From an uncultured candidate division Zixibacteria bacterium (GTDB lineage Bacteria > Zixibacteria > MSB-5A5 > GN15 > FEB-12), in the NCBI GenBank assembly GCA_963735035.1, contig CAVTJJ010000006.1, forward strand, positions 576,001-640,000: DNA of 64,000 nt, given 5' to 3'. A program made the translations under genes and the position numbers. The notes under the pieces are model-generated. The model was not told the origin of the DNA. It worked only from the letters and a program-made list of their open reading frames with translations, and did no database searches. Shown piece by piece: positions 9,638 through 19,462 of the stretch (positions are counted from its first letter, which is position 1; every line of letters begins with the position of its first letter).

Positions 9638-11506
9638 ATGAAACAAAGACTAATAGTTCTCAGCACGCTGATTGCCATTGTCGCTCTGTGCAGCGTCGCC
9701 GTCGCACAGGGGAATCTGACCGACCCGTATGAGATTCTCGGTAAGAATCTCCAGGCCCAGGGCGGGCTCGATCGCCTCAAGGCCGAGAAGACTTCCTATA
9801 TGGAAGGCACTCTCGCGGTCGCCGGTCTGACCGGGACACTCAAGGCCTGGTCGAAATATCCTGATCTGCAGCGAACCGAAGTAGATCTCAAGGTCCTCAA
9901 GATGACACAGGGTGATAACGGCACGATAACCTGGGTGCTCGATTCCAACGGCAAGATTCAGAAGGTTACGAAGGAAGACGAAATCACCCTCAAGCGCCGC
10001 GAACTTAAGCGGCGTATGGCCGACAATGAACAGGCTGATCGCAATTCGAAAGTGTTCTCGGTGCAACTGCGAGGCCGCGACAAGGTCAACGATCAGGATT
10101 GCTACGCCGTCGTCATCACTAACAAACTTAACTCCGATACGCTCATCTATTTCATCAACTCGAAGACATTCCTTCTGGAAGCGTCGGATTCGAAACAGGG
10201 CACCGAGGGAACGTACAGTATGATGTCAGACTACCGTCAGGTTGACGGTCTGACGGTCCCGTTTCACACCAGCCAGAAGGAGCACTTGACCGGCCAGGTG
10301 CAGGAGATTACGATTACAAGCTACGGGTCCAATCCGACCGTCGATCCGGCGATGTTCGAGCCGCCGGAGGAGAAGGGGAAAGACTTCGCGTTTGTCGAGG
10401 GAGATCGTTCCGAGAACATTCCGTTCCAATTCATCGGCGCTCACTTATTCATTCCTGTCATAGTCGACTGCAAGGAACGTCTCTGGGTGCTCGATACCGG
10501 CGCCGGTATGACTGTTATCAGCAAGAAGTTCGCAGCTGAACTTGGTCTCAAGATAGAAGGCGATATGCAGGGCGCGGGAGTGGGCGGCAATGTAGCCGTG
10601 AGTTTCACCACCCTTCCGGCGTTCACTATCAAAGGGATCAACTTTGAAAAACAGCAAGTAGCGGTTATTGATATGGACCAGCTCAACCGGATGGTCGGTT
10701 TCGAGACTGCCGGTATTCTCGGTTTTGACTTCTTCTCCCGTTTTGTCACGAAGGTCGATTACGCCAAGGAACTGGTGTCATTCTACGATCCCGAGACATT
10801 CAAGTATTCCGGCGACGGTACCACCCTCGACCTGCATCTCAAGAACCAGACGTTCACAGTGTCGGCGTCGCTTGACGGCCGCTCGTCGGGCGTCTGGCTG
10901 TTCGATGTCGGCGCGACCGGAGTCAGTGTGGAAACTCCCTACGCGAAAAGCGAAGGGTACTACGATAGAAAAGGCGTGGTCGGGCTGGGAGCAGGCGCAG
11001 GGCAGACCTTCGAATCGAAAAACGTCAAGTGCGATAGCATGCAGCTCGCCGGATTCACGCTCTACCAGCCCCGTGTCAGTTTCATCCTCGGGGAGACTCA
11101 GGGCGGTGCGGTACCCGACCAACTGGGCGGGCTCGGCAATACTCTCTTCCGCAATTTCGTAATCTACTGCGACTACAAGAACGAGCGGGTCGTGCTGGAG
11201 AAGGGTACGAAGTTCAATCAATCCTGGCCGGAGGATCACTCAGGCTTGCAGCTGATGTGGGACACGGCTTGGGCCAATATCGAAGTGCAATATGTCCAGG
11301 CAGGGACGCCGGCGCAGAAATCAGGAATCAAGGTTGGTGATGCACTAAAATCGATCAACGGTGTGGACGTTGCCTATTTCGACGGCCTGAATGCCGTGCG
11401 CAAGCTGTTCACCGGAAAGATTGGCGAGAAGTTCGAGATTGTGGTGGACAGAGCCGGACAAGAGATGAAATTGAAATTGGCGCTGGCGGATTTGTTCGCG
11501 AAGTAG
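9638..11506 (+). CDS. Secreted aspartyl protease family protein (N-terminal LolA-like region, two retropepsin-like domains, C-terminal PDZ)
   Basis: Signal peptide; VLDTGA and LFDVGA motifs; GILGFDFF and GGLGNTLF; PDZ motif GTPAQKSGIKVGD. Confidence 0.8.
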   Translation: MKQRLIVLSTLIAIVALCSVAVAQGNLTDPYEILGKNLQAQGGLDRLKAEKTSYMEGTLAVAGLTGTLKAWSKYPDLQRTEVDLKVLKMTQGDNGTITWVLDSNGKIQKVTKEDEITLKRRELKRRMADNEQADRNSKVFSVQLRGRDKVNDQDCYAVVITNKLNSDTLIYFINSKTFLLEASDSKQGTEGTYSMMSDYRQVDGLTVPFHTSQKEHLTGQVQEITITSYGSNPTVDPAMFEPPEEKGKDFAFVEGDRSENIPFQFIGAHLFIPVIVDCKERLWVLDTGAGMTVISKKFAAELGLKIEGDMQGAGVGGNVAVSFTTLPAFTIKGINFEKQQVAVIDMDQLNRMVGFETAGILGFDFFSRFVTKVDYAKELVSFYDPETFKYSGDGTTLDLHLKNQTFTVSASLDGRSSGVWLFDVGATGVSVETPYAKSEGYYDRKGVVGLGAGAGQTFESKNVKCDSMQLAGFTLYQPRVSFILGETQGGAVPDQLGGLGNTLFRNFVIYCDYKNERVVLEKGTKFNQSWPEDHSGLQLMWDTAWANIEVQYVQAGTPAQKSGIKVGDALKSINGVDVAYFDGLNAVRKLFTGKIGEKFEIVVDRAGQEMKLKLALADLFAK

Positions 11507-11520
11507 CGCGACTGCATTTT

Positions 11521-11771
11521 GTAGGCCGGGACCCTTCGGGTTGCGACTTACAATAGCGTATAGTCACCCTGAGCTTGTCGAAGGGTGGCGCGCACTAAGT
11601 AAGTCATGCTTCGACAGGCTCAGCATGACTTGTAGGGCGGGTCCGCTTCGAACCCGCCGATGTGATGTCGCCGGGTGGCCCACCTGCTTGCAGGTGGGGG
11701 ATAGATGTTGTACGTCGCGACCTACCAGAGTCAGAATACAAACGCCGTCAGGCAGAGACGCCTGACGGCAC
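11521..11771. repeat. Large multi-family REP-like mosaic
   Basis: Degenerate GTAG unit at 11521; GTCACCCTGAGCTTGTCGAAG..CTTCGACAGGCTCAGCATGAC pair at 11563-11629; GTAG unit at 11632-11658; GGGTG unit at 11673-11706; GCCGTCAGG..CCTGACGGCAC at 11744-11771. Confidence 0.85.
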
Positions 11772-11800
11772 GATTGATATAACAAGGATTATCTTTACAC

Positions 11801-13171
11801 ATGTCAGACAAATCATTCTCACGGCAGATCGCTGAGTTTGCGGTAGGACTCAGCTATGACAAACTCCCATCCGAAACAGTTCATGAGGTCAAACGGTATC
11901 TCTATGACTCGCTCGGCTGCGCCTACGGCGGTTACCACACCAAGGACGTTGGCATTCTTCGCGCGATCTACAAAGAGATGGGTGGCAAAGCCGAGGCTAC
12001 TCTGTTCGGATTCGGCGACAAGATGCCGGCGGTCAACGCGACCCTGGTCAACTCCCTCATGATACGCGCATTAGATTACAACGACATTTACTGGAAAGAG
12101 GACCCGTCGCATCCGTCCGATATCATCCCGGCCGCGCTCTGCGTCGGCGAGATGGTTGGAGCATCGATGCGTGACGTCATTGTCGGCATCGTCCTGGCCT
12201 ACGAGTTCGAGATGCGCCTCTGCGAGTTCGCGGTGCCGGGTGTTCGCGAGCGGAAATGGCACCACGCCACCCTGACACAATTTGTATCGCCGATTGTGGC
12301 GGGGAAAATGCTTGGTTTGACGGTCGACCAGATGGTACACGCTATCGGCATTAGCGGCTGCCACAGCCATACGATCGGTTGTCCGACCGCCGGGAAGCTG
12401 ACCATGATGAAGAATACGGTCGATCCGATGGCGGTGCAGGCGGGCGTGTTCGCGGCGTTAATGGCTCAGAAAGGTTACTCCGGTACCGAGGCGGTCTTCG
12501 AAGGCAAGGAAGGGTTCATGGATGTCTTCGGACCGAAATGGGATAACGACAAATTACTCGGCGGGTTGGGTAAGAAATTCAAGATTCATGAATGCGGCAT
12601 GAAGGGATTCCCAACCGAAGCGCTCACCCACACGCACTTGACCTGCATGCTGAAAGTCATCCGCGAGAACGACATCAAACCGGAGCAGATCGAATCCGCC
12701 ACCGTTACGACTATAGCGCGTGCCTGTGATATCCTGTTTGACCCGCACAAGTACCGTCCTGAATCGCGCGAGACCGCCGATCATTCGTTGCCGTACTGTC
12801 TCGCTGCTGCGATTGTCGACCGTCAGATTAGCACAGCCTCGTTCTCCGATGAGAAGATGAAGGATCCGCGCATCTGGCAGGTGATCGACAAGATCAAAGG
12901 CGAAGCGTCGCTTGAATTCGAAAAGATGTTCCCTGCTAAGCAGCCGTCGAAAGTGATCGTTCGGACCATGAACGGCAAAGAATATTCGGCCTATCTCGAG
13001 TATCCGAAGGGTGACCCGCGCGAGCCGATGACTGAGGATGATTTGGATGTGAAATTTACGGGGCTGGCCGAGAAGCTCTTGAATGGGGAGCGTCGCAATA
13101 AGATCAAGAATGCGGTGTTCAATTGCGAGAAACTATCGGCTGCGGAGTTCATGCGGACAACAGTGGTCTAA
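11801..13171 (+). CDS. MmgE/PrpD family protein (2-methylcitrate dehydratase-like)
   Basis: LDYNDIY..SHPSD, WHH, ETADHSLPY and PKGDPREP motifs. Confidence 0.85.
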   Translation: MSDKSFSRQIAEFAVGLSYDKLPSETVHEVKRYLYDSLGCAYGGYHTKDVGILRAIYKEMGGKAEATLFGFGDKMPAVNATLVNSLMIRALDYNDIYWKEDPSHPSDIIPAALCVGEMVGASMRDVIVGIVLAYEFEMRLCEFAVPGVRERKWHHATLTQFVSPIVAGKMLGLTVDQMVHAIGISGCHSHTIGCPTAGKLTMMKNTVDPMAVQAGVFAALMAQKGYSGTEAVFEGKEGFMDVFGPKWDNDKLLGGLGKKFKIHECGMKGFPTEALTHTHLTCMLKVIRENDIKPEQIESATVTTIARACDILFDPHKYRPESRETADHSLPYCLAAAIVDRQISTASFSDEKMKDPRIWQVIDKIKGEASLEFEKMFPAKQPSKVIVRTMNGKEYSAYLEYPKGDPREPMTEDDLDVKFTGLAEKLLNGERRNKIKNAVFNCEKLSAAEFMRTTVV

Positions 13172-13203
13172 TTCTCGTAAATCGAAACCCGCGGTAAAAT
13201 AGA

Positions 13204-13232
13204 AAACCCGGCAGATGTGAGCATCTGCCGGG
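13204..13232. terminator. Hairpin between convergent genes, probable terminator
   Basis: CCCGGCAGATG-TGAG-CATCTGCCGGG preceded by an A-tract. Confidence 0.5.
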
Positions 13233-13301
13233 CACTATTCTTCGGAGGTCAGACCCGGCCGACTTTAGAATCTGCCGGGTTTGTATGTGATAACTTCCAA
13301 T

Positions 13302-16300
13302 CTACTTCAGCAGCAGCATCTTCTTCGTCAAGGTCGTTTCACCTGCCACCAGGCGATAGAGATAGACTCCCGTGGAAACCTGCTGTCCACTGTTGTCCGT
13401 ACCGTCCCACTCGACTCGATTGCGACCGGCGGCACAGTATCCGTTGACCAGCGTTCTTACTTCCTGGCCAAGGACATTGTAGATGCTGAGTGTGACCTGC
13501 CCGTCCGACGGCACATCATAGGGGATGGTCGTGGCGGGGTTGAACGGGTTCGGGAAGTTCTGCGCGAGATCGAAAGTCTCCGGAAGACCGCGACTATCCG
13601 ACGAAAGCCGAGTCAACTGAACTCTGGCGCCACTGCCGCTCCAGGCTAGATTGGGATAAGCGCGTTCGCCGTTTACCCTGATCTCCAACTGGTCACCTTC
13701 TTTAGGATAGTGCTTAGACACCGTCCCCGAAGCATCGTTGCCGTAAACAGGTGTAAGTCTGAGAATATTGCCGGAATATACCCCACGCCCGCACATGATC
13801 GAGCCGTCGGTGTAGAACTCGATCATCGAGCCGTCGGCGACCGGTTTGCCATCGACCGTGATATTACTTCCATACACGGACATCCAGTCGCGGGTCATCT
13901 CGGCGAGCGGGAGCTCAGGCGAGCCCGAACCGCCCGGCCACACGATGACACTGTCGGGGTTGGTATGGTCCGGATAAGTGAGCGTCATGAACGTCGGCAC
14001 CTTGGCCCAATACCCAAACGTAGGCCGCAACTCAGTGAGAGTATTGAGACCCCACATATGTGGCAGCCACACCTGGGCGCCCTGGTCGAATCCCATGGCT
14101 TCCTGAAGACTATCAATGATCGACGCGAACCCATTCTCAACCGGCATTGTGCGCTCCGGCCAATATGAGACGAGGTTCCAGCCCGGCTCAAGGCTGATCG
14201 ACTGATCGGTCTGAATCGGGTTACCGCACACCTGTAGGACAGCGTCGCAGTTCATCCGAATCCAGTAGCCGTGATGGTAGTCGACTCCGGTCAAGGTGTT
14301 GAATTCGTCACCGAGGGCGGGATCGAACATCAATCCGCCCTGTTCATACGAAAGCACGACGTCGACACACACAATTATTTCATCGAGGGCCAGACGGATC
14401 CTGCTTTCATCATACGCCACATTCCAACTGACCAGATTCCAGCCGGTATGCAAGGGGATGTCGAGGCAACGGCTCTGGCCGAATTCGCAGACTTCGAAGA
14501 TGTCGCCGTTCGCAGTCCAGTAGACAGGGGTGGTAGGTTGCACCGGCTGCCCGTCGATCATGAACTGGATCAGATCGCCCGGCACACATCCTTCGTCGAC
14601 CTCGGTATACGGATCATCCCGATAGATCGGCATCAAACCGAACGAACCTTCCCAGTATCTGATTGCCTGGCCGCACAGGACGCCCTGGGGATCGTAGGCC
14701 GTTATGACCGAATGCTGTGATGCGGCCACATCGTCGGGTCGGAGCTGGTTACAGAATACGATAATCCACTCGTTCGTGGGAATAGGTTCGCCGCCGCTGC
14801 CGCCGCCATAAGGCACTGCGCCCATATCATTGCGAGAGCCATCCGGATCGTTGAACATAGGATCCGGATCGCCGGTATTGATACATGGAGACCCCTGGCT
14901 CAAAGTCCACTCCTGGACCAATTGCTCGACGTTGAACAACGGATCAGCGCTGATAGCGCCGGGACCGGGATTAGGAATGTTGATGTAATCTCCGTGGGGA
15001 CCGCCGTCGAAATCGCCCTGCCCGAAGACATCGTTGTACCCCATAATGGGTGGCTCTTGTTCAGTCAGACTCTGTTGATGAATGCCATAGTTGGCGTTGA
15101 ACGCCACGATGTTGTTCCGAATGGTCGGTGGTGTAATTGAAAACATCGAAATACCACCATTGGTGCTGTTCACAATCGTATTGTTTTCAATTATCGCCGG
15201 TGCATACCCGAGATTGGCATGGTAGCGGGGATCCCCAGAGGGATCGAAGATCGTATCAAGCGGTCCAGCAAGGCAGATGGCCGCCCAGTTCCAGACATTC
15301 TGGCGCACACAGATGTTGTGTCTGATAGTCGGGGCGGAGTTGGAGCACATGACTGCAATCCAGCCCCCGGCTAGCGTGAACCCATCCAGCACGGCGTCGT
15401 GCGTTTCACCGTGATCGAAAGAGACCAGAGTCATCGTGCGATCATTGGTGATGGTCGTTTGAAGCGGTCCTTCGGTGCTGTGCACAGCTATATTCTTGCC
15501 CAGATAATTCAGTGATTCCTGATATGTTCCGGGGGAGACCAGCACCAGGTCACCGTTGTGAGAGGCATCGATGGCCAGTTGGATGGTCGGATATTCACTG
15601 GGCACATAGAGCGTGTCAGGTTCCACAATGCCTTCAAACGGCATCGCGCCCATGTCATTGCGGGATCCATCGGGATCGTTGTACATCGGGTCCGGATCGC
15701 CGGTATTAATACAGGGCGACCCAGGGCCCAACTTCCACGTAGCTGCGAAATCATTACTGAATAGAGGATCCTGGCTGATTGCTCCCGGTCCGGGGTCAGG
15801 GATGTTGATATAGTCACCGTGCGGACTTCCATCAAAGTCACCCTGGCCAAAGACGTCGTTGTATCCCATAATGGGCGGCTCTTGTTCGGTCAAACTCTGC
15901 TGATGAATACCGTAGTTGGCGTTGAAAGCCACGATATTGTTCCTTAGAGTCGGCGATGTGATGGAAAACATCGAAATTCCGCCGTTGGCACTGTTGACGA
16001 TAGTATTGTTTTCAATTATCGCCGGCGCATATCCGAGATTGGCATGGTAGCGGGGATCACCGGTCGGATCGGCTATCGTATCAAGCGGTCCAGCAAGACA
16101 AATTGCCGACCAGTTCCACACGTTCTGGCCAACGCAGACGTTACGCCTGATGGTTGGGGCGGAGTTGGAGCACAGGACCGCGATCCAGCCCCCACTCAGT
16201 GTAAACCCTTCAAGGACCGCGTCGTGACTTTCACCGTTTTCGAAAGTCACCAGATTCACCGTCCGCTGGTTGGTGATGACAGTCAGCGATGGCCCTTCGG

Positions 16301-17519
16301 CGCTGCGCACCGTGATATTCTTACCGTGGAAGTTAAGAGATTCATTGTAGACGCCGGGAGAGACCAGCACCATGTCGCCGTTACGCGCCGAGTCGATGGC
16401 GGTTTGGATGAACGGGTAGTCCTCGGGGACAAGAATTACCCGAGGTTCGATTGGCTCAGTCTCGAATTCGATGATCGAGCTTAACATCAGGTCTCGCGCC
16501 TGCGCGACCCATTGGCTCGGCTGAGGACAAAGTGGACAGTCTGTCCAAGGCGGACCTACCATCGCCAGAGCGGGATTTGCTTCATCGTACACTGGCTGGC
16601 CAATCGCCCAATTGGTGTACACCATGGGTTCTCGCGTCACCCAGGCCCAGGAGGAATCATCATACCCGCCCAACCAGTGGTTGCCTACCCGACCTATGGG
16701 GAAAATCGGGTCGAAGGAGACGGTGCGGAACGCGAAATCGTCCTCCTGCGAACTGGTGATCGTCGCCAAATGACCGGGAAGGCCATTCTTGGTGAACTGA
16801 GCAGCCGCGATGCGTGCCTGATCCCAGGTCAGCTTGGTCGGGAGGAATCCGTACCAATGGCCGTTGCCTCCCTCTGAGATGGGCCATTCCATCACGCAGA
16901 GGAGGGTATCACTCACCGGGTCGGTGTCGAATTCTATGACCGCTGTCAGGCAATATGCTCCTTCAGTACCGCACATCGTTGGGCGAGAGAACCATTGACC
17001 GGTAGCCGGACAGGTCAGGCATGGATCCCCCGCCGAAAATCCACGCATAGCCAGAGCCTGGATCGTATCCATCTGCAGGGGAAATCCATCAGCCCAGTTG
17101 GCGTAGACAAAGGGTTCGCCTGTGAGCCATTGCCACGATCCCCAGGAAGAGGCGCCAAGCCAGAATTCGTTCCCGAAAGCTTGTTCATACAAGTGACCAG
17201 TTGGAAAGACCCGGGAAAGAATGAATTGGTTCTCGCTTTCGGATGCGACCGTAGCGAGGTGACCAACCACGCCGTCCTTCTGGAAAGAGGCCGCTAATGT
17301 AACCGCCTCATCCCACGAGACAGTCGCGTCCGACAGTCCATACCAGTGGCCATTGCCACCCTCTGAGACTGGCCATTGAGTCAGTTCCCAAACAGTATCA
17401 ACTTGCGCCGTCGCACTCCCCAACATCACTGATAGACACAGGGCCGCCCCTAGAACTACACTAAGAACATGTCGATTCTTACTCTTGGTGGCAGGTCCTG
17501 CAGGTTTCCGGATTGCCAT
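13302..17519 (-). CDS. Large secreted protein: two C-type lectin-like domains, two right-handed beta-helix domains, and a FlgD-Ig/T9SS-type C-terminal domain
   Basis: Signal peptide; GNGHWY..W..A..GHLAT..WLG..W.W.T.EP..Y.NW twice; VP..YP.IQ.AID..SPCINTGDP..DMGA twice; LAQNFPNPFNP...KKMLLLK; RBS AGGAGG. Confidence 0.85.
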   Translation of the reverse strand: MAIRKPAGPATKSKNRHVLSVVLGAALCLSVMLGSATAQVDTVWELTQWPVSEGGNGHWYGLSDATVSWDEAVTLAASFQKDGVVGHLATVASESENQFILSRVFPTGHLYEQAFGNEFWLGASSWGSWQWLTGEPFVYANWADGFPLQMDTIQALAMRGFSAGDPCLTCPATGQWFSRPTMCGTEGAYCLTAVIEFDTDPVSDTLLCVMEWPISEGGNGHWYGFLPTKLTWDQARIAAAQFTKNGLPGHLATITSSQEDDFAFRTVSFDPIFPIGRVGNHWLGGYDDSSWAWVTREPMVYTNWAIGQPVYDEANPALAMVGPPWTDCPLCPQPSQWVAQARDLMLSSIIEFETEPIEPRVILVPEDYPFIQTAIDSARNGDMVLVSPGVYNESLNFHGKNITVRSAEGPSLTVITNQRTVNLVTFENGESHDAVLEGFTLSGGWIAVLCSNSAPTIRRNVCVGQNVWNWSAICLAGPLDTIADPTGDPRYHANLGYAPAIIENNTIVNSANGGISMFSITSPTLRNNIVAFNANYGIHQQSLTEQEPPIMGYNDVFGQGDFDGSPHGDYINIPDPGPGAISQDPLFSNDFAATWKLGPGSPCINTGDPDPMYNDPDGSRNDMGAMPFEGIVEPDTLYVPSEYPTIQLAIDASHNGDLVLVSPGTYQESLNYLGKNIAVHSTEGPLQTTITNDRTMTLVSFDHGETHDAVLDGFTLAGGWIAVMCSNSAPTIRHNICVRQNVWNWAAICLAGPLDTIFDPSGDPRYHANLGYAPAIIENNTIVNSTNGGISMFSITPPTIRNNIVAFNANYGIHQQSLTEQEPPIMGYNDVFGQGDFDGGPHGDYINIPNPGPGAISADPLFNVEQLVQEWTLSQGSPCINTGDPDPMFNDPDGSRNDMGAVPYGGGSGGEPIPTNEWIIVFCNQLRPDDVAASQHSVITAYDPQGVLCGQAIRYWEGSFGLMPIYRDDPYTEVDEGCVPGDLIQFMIDGQPVQPTTPVYWTANGDIFEVCEFGQSRCLDIPLHTGWNLVSWNVAYDESRIRLALDEIIVCVDVVLSYEQGGLMFDPALGDEFNTLTGVDYHHGYWIRMNCDAVLQVCGNPIQTDQSISLEPGWNLVSYWPERTMPVENGFASIIDSLQEAMGFDQGAQVWLPHMWGLNTLTELRPTFGYWAKVPTFMTLTYPDHTNPDSVIVWPGGSGSPELPLAEMTRDWMSVYGSNITVDGKPVADGSMIEFYTDGSIMCGRGVYSGNILRLTPVYGNDASGTVSKHYPKEGDQLEIRVNGERAYPNLAWSGSGARVQLTRLSSDSRGLPETFDLAQNFPNPFNPATTIPYDVPSDGQVTLSIYNVLGQEVRTLVNGYCAAGRNRVEWDGTDNSGQQVSTGVYLYRLVAGETTLTKKMLLLK

Positions 17520-17666
17520 ATAGCACCTCCTGCAGAAAAACAGTTCGATAAGACTTTCCTACCATAGGAAACGTCCCAGGCCCATTTTTGTCAAGACAAA
17601 AGACCTTCCTGACTATGTTCAGACGGGGGAGGGACGGCTATACCTGCGTCCCAACCCAAGGTCGTT

Positions 17667-17780
17667 GTAGGGGGCGGCACACGTCCTCGTGTGCCCCCTC
17701 TCAAGGGGCAGACCAGGAGGTCTGCCGCCCACGGAGAAAAGATCGCTACGGCCTCAAACAAGTCGGGGCATCGCGATGAC
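17667..17780. repeat. REP-like doublet (17667-17732) plus GTCA-family half unit (17740-17780)
   Basis: GTAGGGGGCGGCACAC..GTGTGCCCC followed by an inverted GTGG-footed unit identical to 1513-1539; 17740-17780 resembles 36537-36578. Confidence 0.8.
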
Positions 17781-17806
17781 AGGCTCAATGGGATAACGAT
17801 AAGCCG

Positions 17807-19459
17807 CTAGTCGGGTAGGGCGACCATGCGGTCGAGCTCGGCGGCAATGGCCGCCTGGTCGAGTCGTGTGACAGTTATTGTCACACGCTGGCCGCGACTG
17901 GCCGTCTTGACGGCCTGGTAATGATGATCCGCTTGGCGCGCAATCTGGTGCAGATGCGTGATGACCAGCACCTGACTCGCTTCGGAAAGTTTCTTGATCT
18001 TGGCGCCAACTTCGACCGCCGTCTGTCCCCCGATGCCGGTGTCAACTTCGTCGAAGACCAGCAGGGAGTGCGACGTCTGGTTGTTGCGCTTCTCGGCCGC
18101 CTTGATAGCCAGCAATAGTCGAGATATCTCACCGCCCGAGGCGGTCTTAACCAGTGACTTGAGTGGTTCGCCCGGGTTGGCCGAAAAGAGGAAGCGACAT
18201 GATTCGAGACCGAAAGCGTTCGGCTTGACCATCTGACCCCGCAGTTCTACCCCGTCAGGCTGGTCTTCGTAGATGAACTCCGAGTCAAACTGGCCGCTGT
18301 CAATTGCCAGTTCGGACATTTCTTTGACGACCAGTTTCTGAAGATACTTCGCGGCCTTGCGTCTGACCTCGGACAACTGCAAGGCCTTTGCGGAGTATTT
18401 GTCCCGGCAACTCTGCTCGCGAGATTCAAGCTCGGCCAGCAAACGTGACGTATCGGGCCGGTCGGCCAGTTTGTGCTCGATCTGTTCGAGTTGCTCCAAA
18501 ATGGTTGCTTCGGAGCCGCCGTATTTCTGCTTGAGACGGTAGATCTCTTCGAGGCGCTGATTGATCTCTTCCAACCGTTGGGGATCATCCGGCACTGAAG
18601 CGCCGTACTTCTCGATAAAATTGCGCAGATCTTCGAGCTGGTAGTCGATATCTTCAAGCTGTTTAGACTGAGTGGCGAGTGACGTATCAATTGCAGTCAT
18701 CCGCTCGAGCTCTTTGTGAGCCGTTCGGATCGAATCAATGACGTTCTGATCCTCGCCGCCGAGAACGTTTTCGATCCGGGCCGCTGCTTCGATTAGGGCA
18801 CGGGATGAATCAAGGATGCGGCGTTCCTGATCCAGGTCGGCCTCTTCGCCGATTCTGATCGAAGCAGAGTCGATTTCTTTCTTCTGGAACAGGAGCAGTT
18901 CACGTTCCTTCTCGAGGTCTTCGCGGTGATTGCGGGTCCGGCGAAGTTCTGTTCGGACCGCATCCCATTGGTCAAAGAGAACTGAGACTTCATCGCGGAG
19001 TTTCTGGACGCCGGCGAATGTATCCAAGAACAACAGATGGTTTTCTTCGTCGAGCAACAGGCGTGAAGAATGCTGCCCCATTATTTCAGCCAGGGGAGAG
19101 GCCAGTTCTTTGAGCCGTGCGAGAGTGGCAACCGTGCCGTTAATGCGAACCTTGGAACTGCCATCCTTGAGGATTTCGCGGTTGACTACCAGAGTACCAC
19201 CATTCAGGTAATCAGCGAAGGTTGCTTTGTACTCGGGGCTCATTCTCTCGACCGAAAAAGTCGCCTCGACCACGGCCCGGGTGGAACCGTGACGGATCTG
19301 GTCGCGGTCGGCCCGATCACCCAGCGCGAGTCCAAGCGCCGTCACAATAACTGACTTGCCTGCCCCGGTCTCGCCGGTCAACACCGACATGCCGCGGTCG
19401 AAAGACAATTCAACATCTTCCACCAGGGCGAAATTGCTAATTTTGAGATTCGAGAGCAT
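17807..19459 (-). CDS. recN: DNA repair protein RecN
   Basis: LTGETGAGKS, ASGGEISR, FDEVDTG, ITHLHQ. Confidence 0.95.
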   Translation of the reverse strand: MLSNLKISNFALVEDVELSFDRGMSVLTGETGAGKSVIVTALGLALGDRADRDQIRHGSTRAVVEATFSVERMSPEYKATFADYLNGGTLVVNREILKDGSSKVRINGTVATLARLKELASPLAEIMGQHSSRLLLDEENHLLFLDTFAGVQKLRDEVSVLFDQWDAVRTELRRTRNHREDLEKERELLLFQKKEIDSASIRIGEEADLDQERRILDSSRALIEAAARIENVLGGEDQNVIDSIRTAHKELERMTAIDTSLATQSKQLEDIDYQLEDLRNFIEKYGASVPDDPQRLEEINQRLEEIYRLKQKYGGSEATILEQLEQIEHKLADRPDTSRLLAELESREQSCRDKYSAKALQLSEVRRKAAKYLQKLVVKEMSELAIDSGQFDSEFIYEDQPDGVELRGQMVKPNAFGLESCRFLFSANPGEPLKSLVKTASGGEISRLLLAIKAAEKRNNQTSHSLLVFDEVDTGIGGQTAVEVGAKIKKLSEASQVLVITHLHQIARQADHHYQAVKTASRGQRVTITVTRLDQAAIAAELDRMVALPD

Positions 19460-19462
19460 AGC

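Noticed and set aside
11521..11771. CRISPR array
   Set aside because: The units differ from one another, spacing is irregular, and no cas genes are present.
7545..11800. Classical integron cassette array
   Set aside because: I found no convincing RYYYAAC..GTTRRRY attC boundaries and no integrase; the repeats have REP-type feet.
14810..16440. Possible diversity-generating retroelement template/variable repeat pair in a lectin-containing gene
   Set aside because: Differences are mostly synonymous and not adenine-specific, both copies are in-frame domains, and there is no reverse transcriptase in the window.
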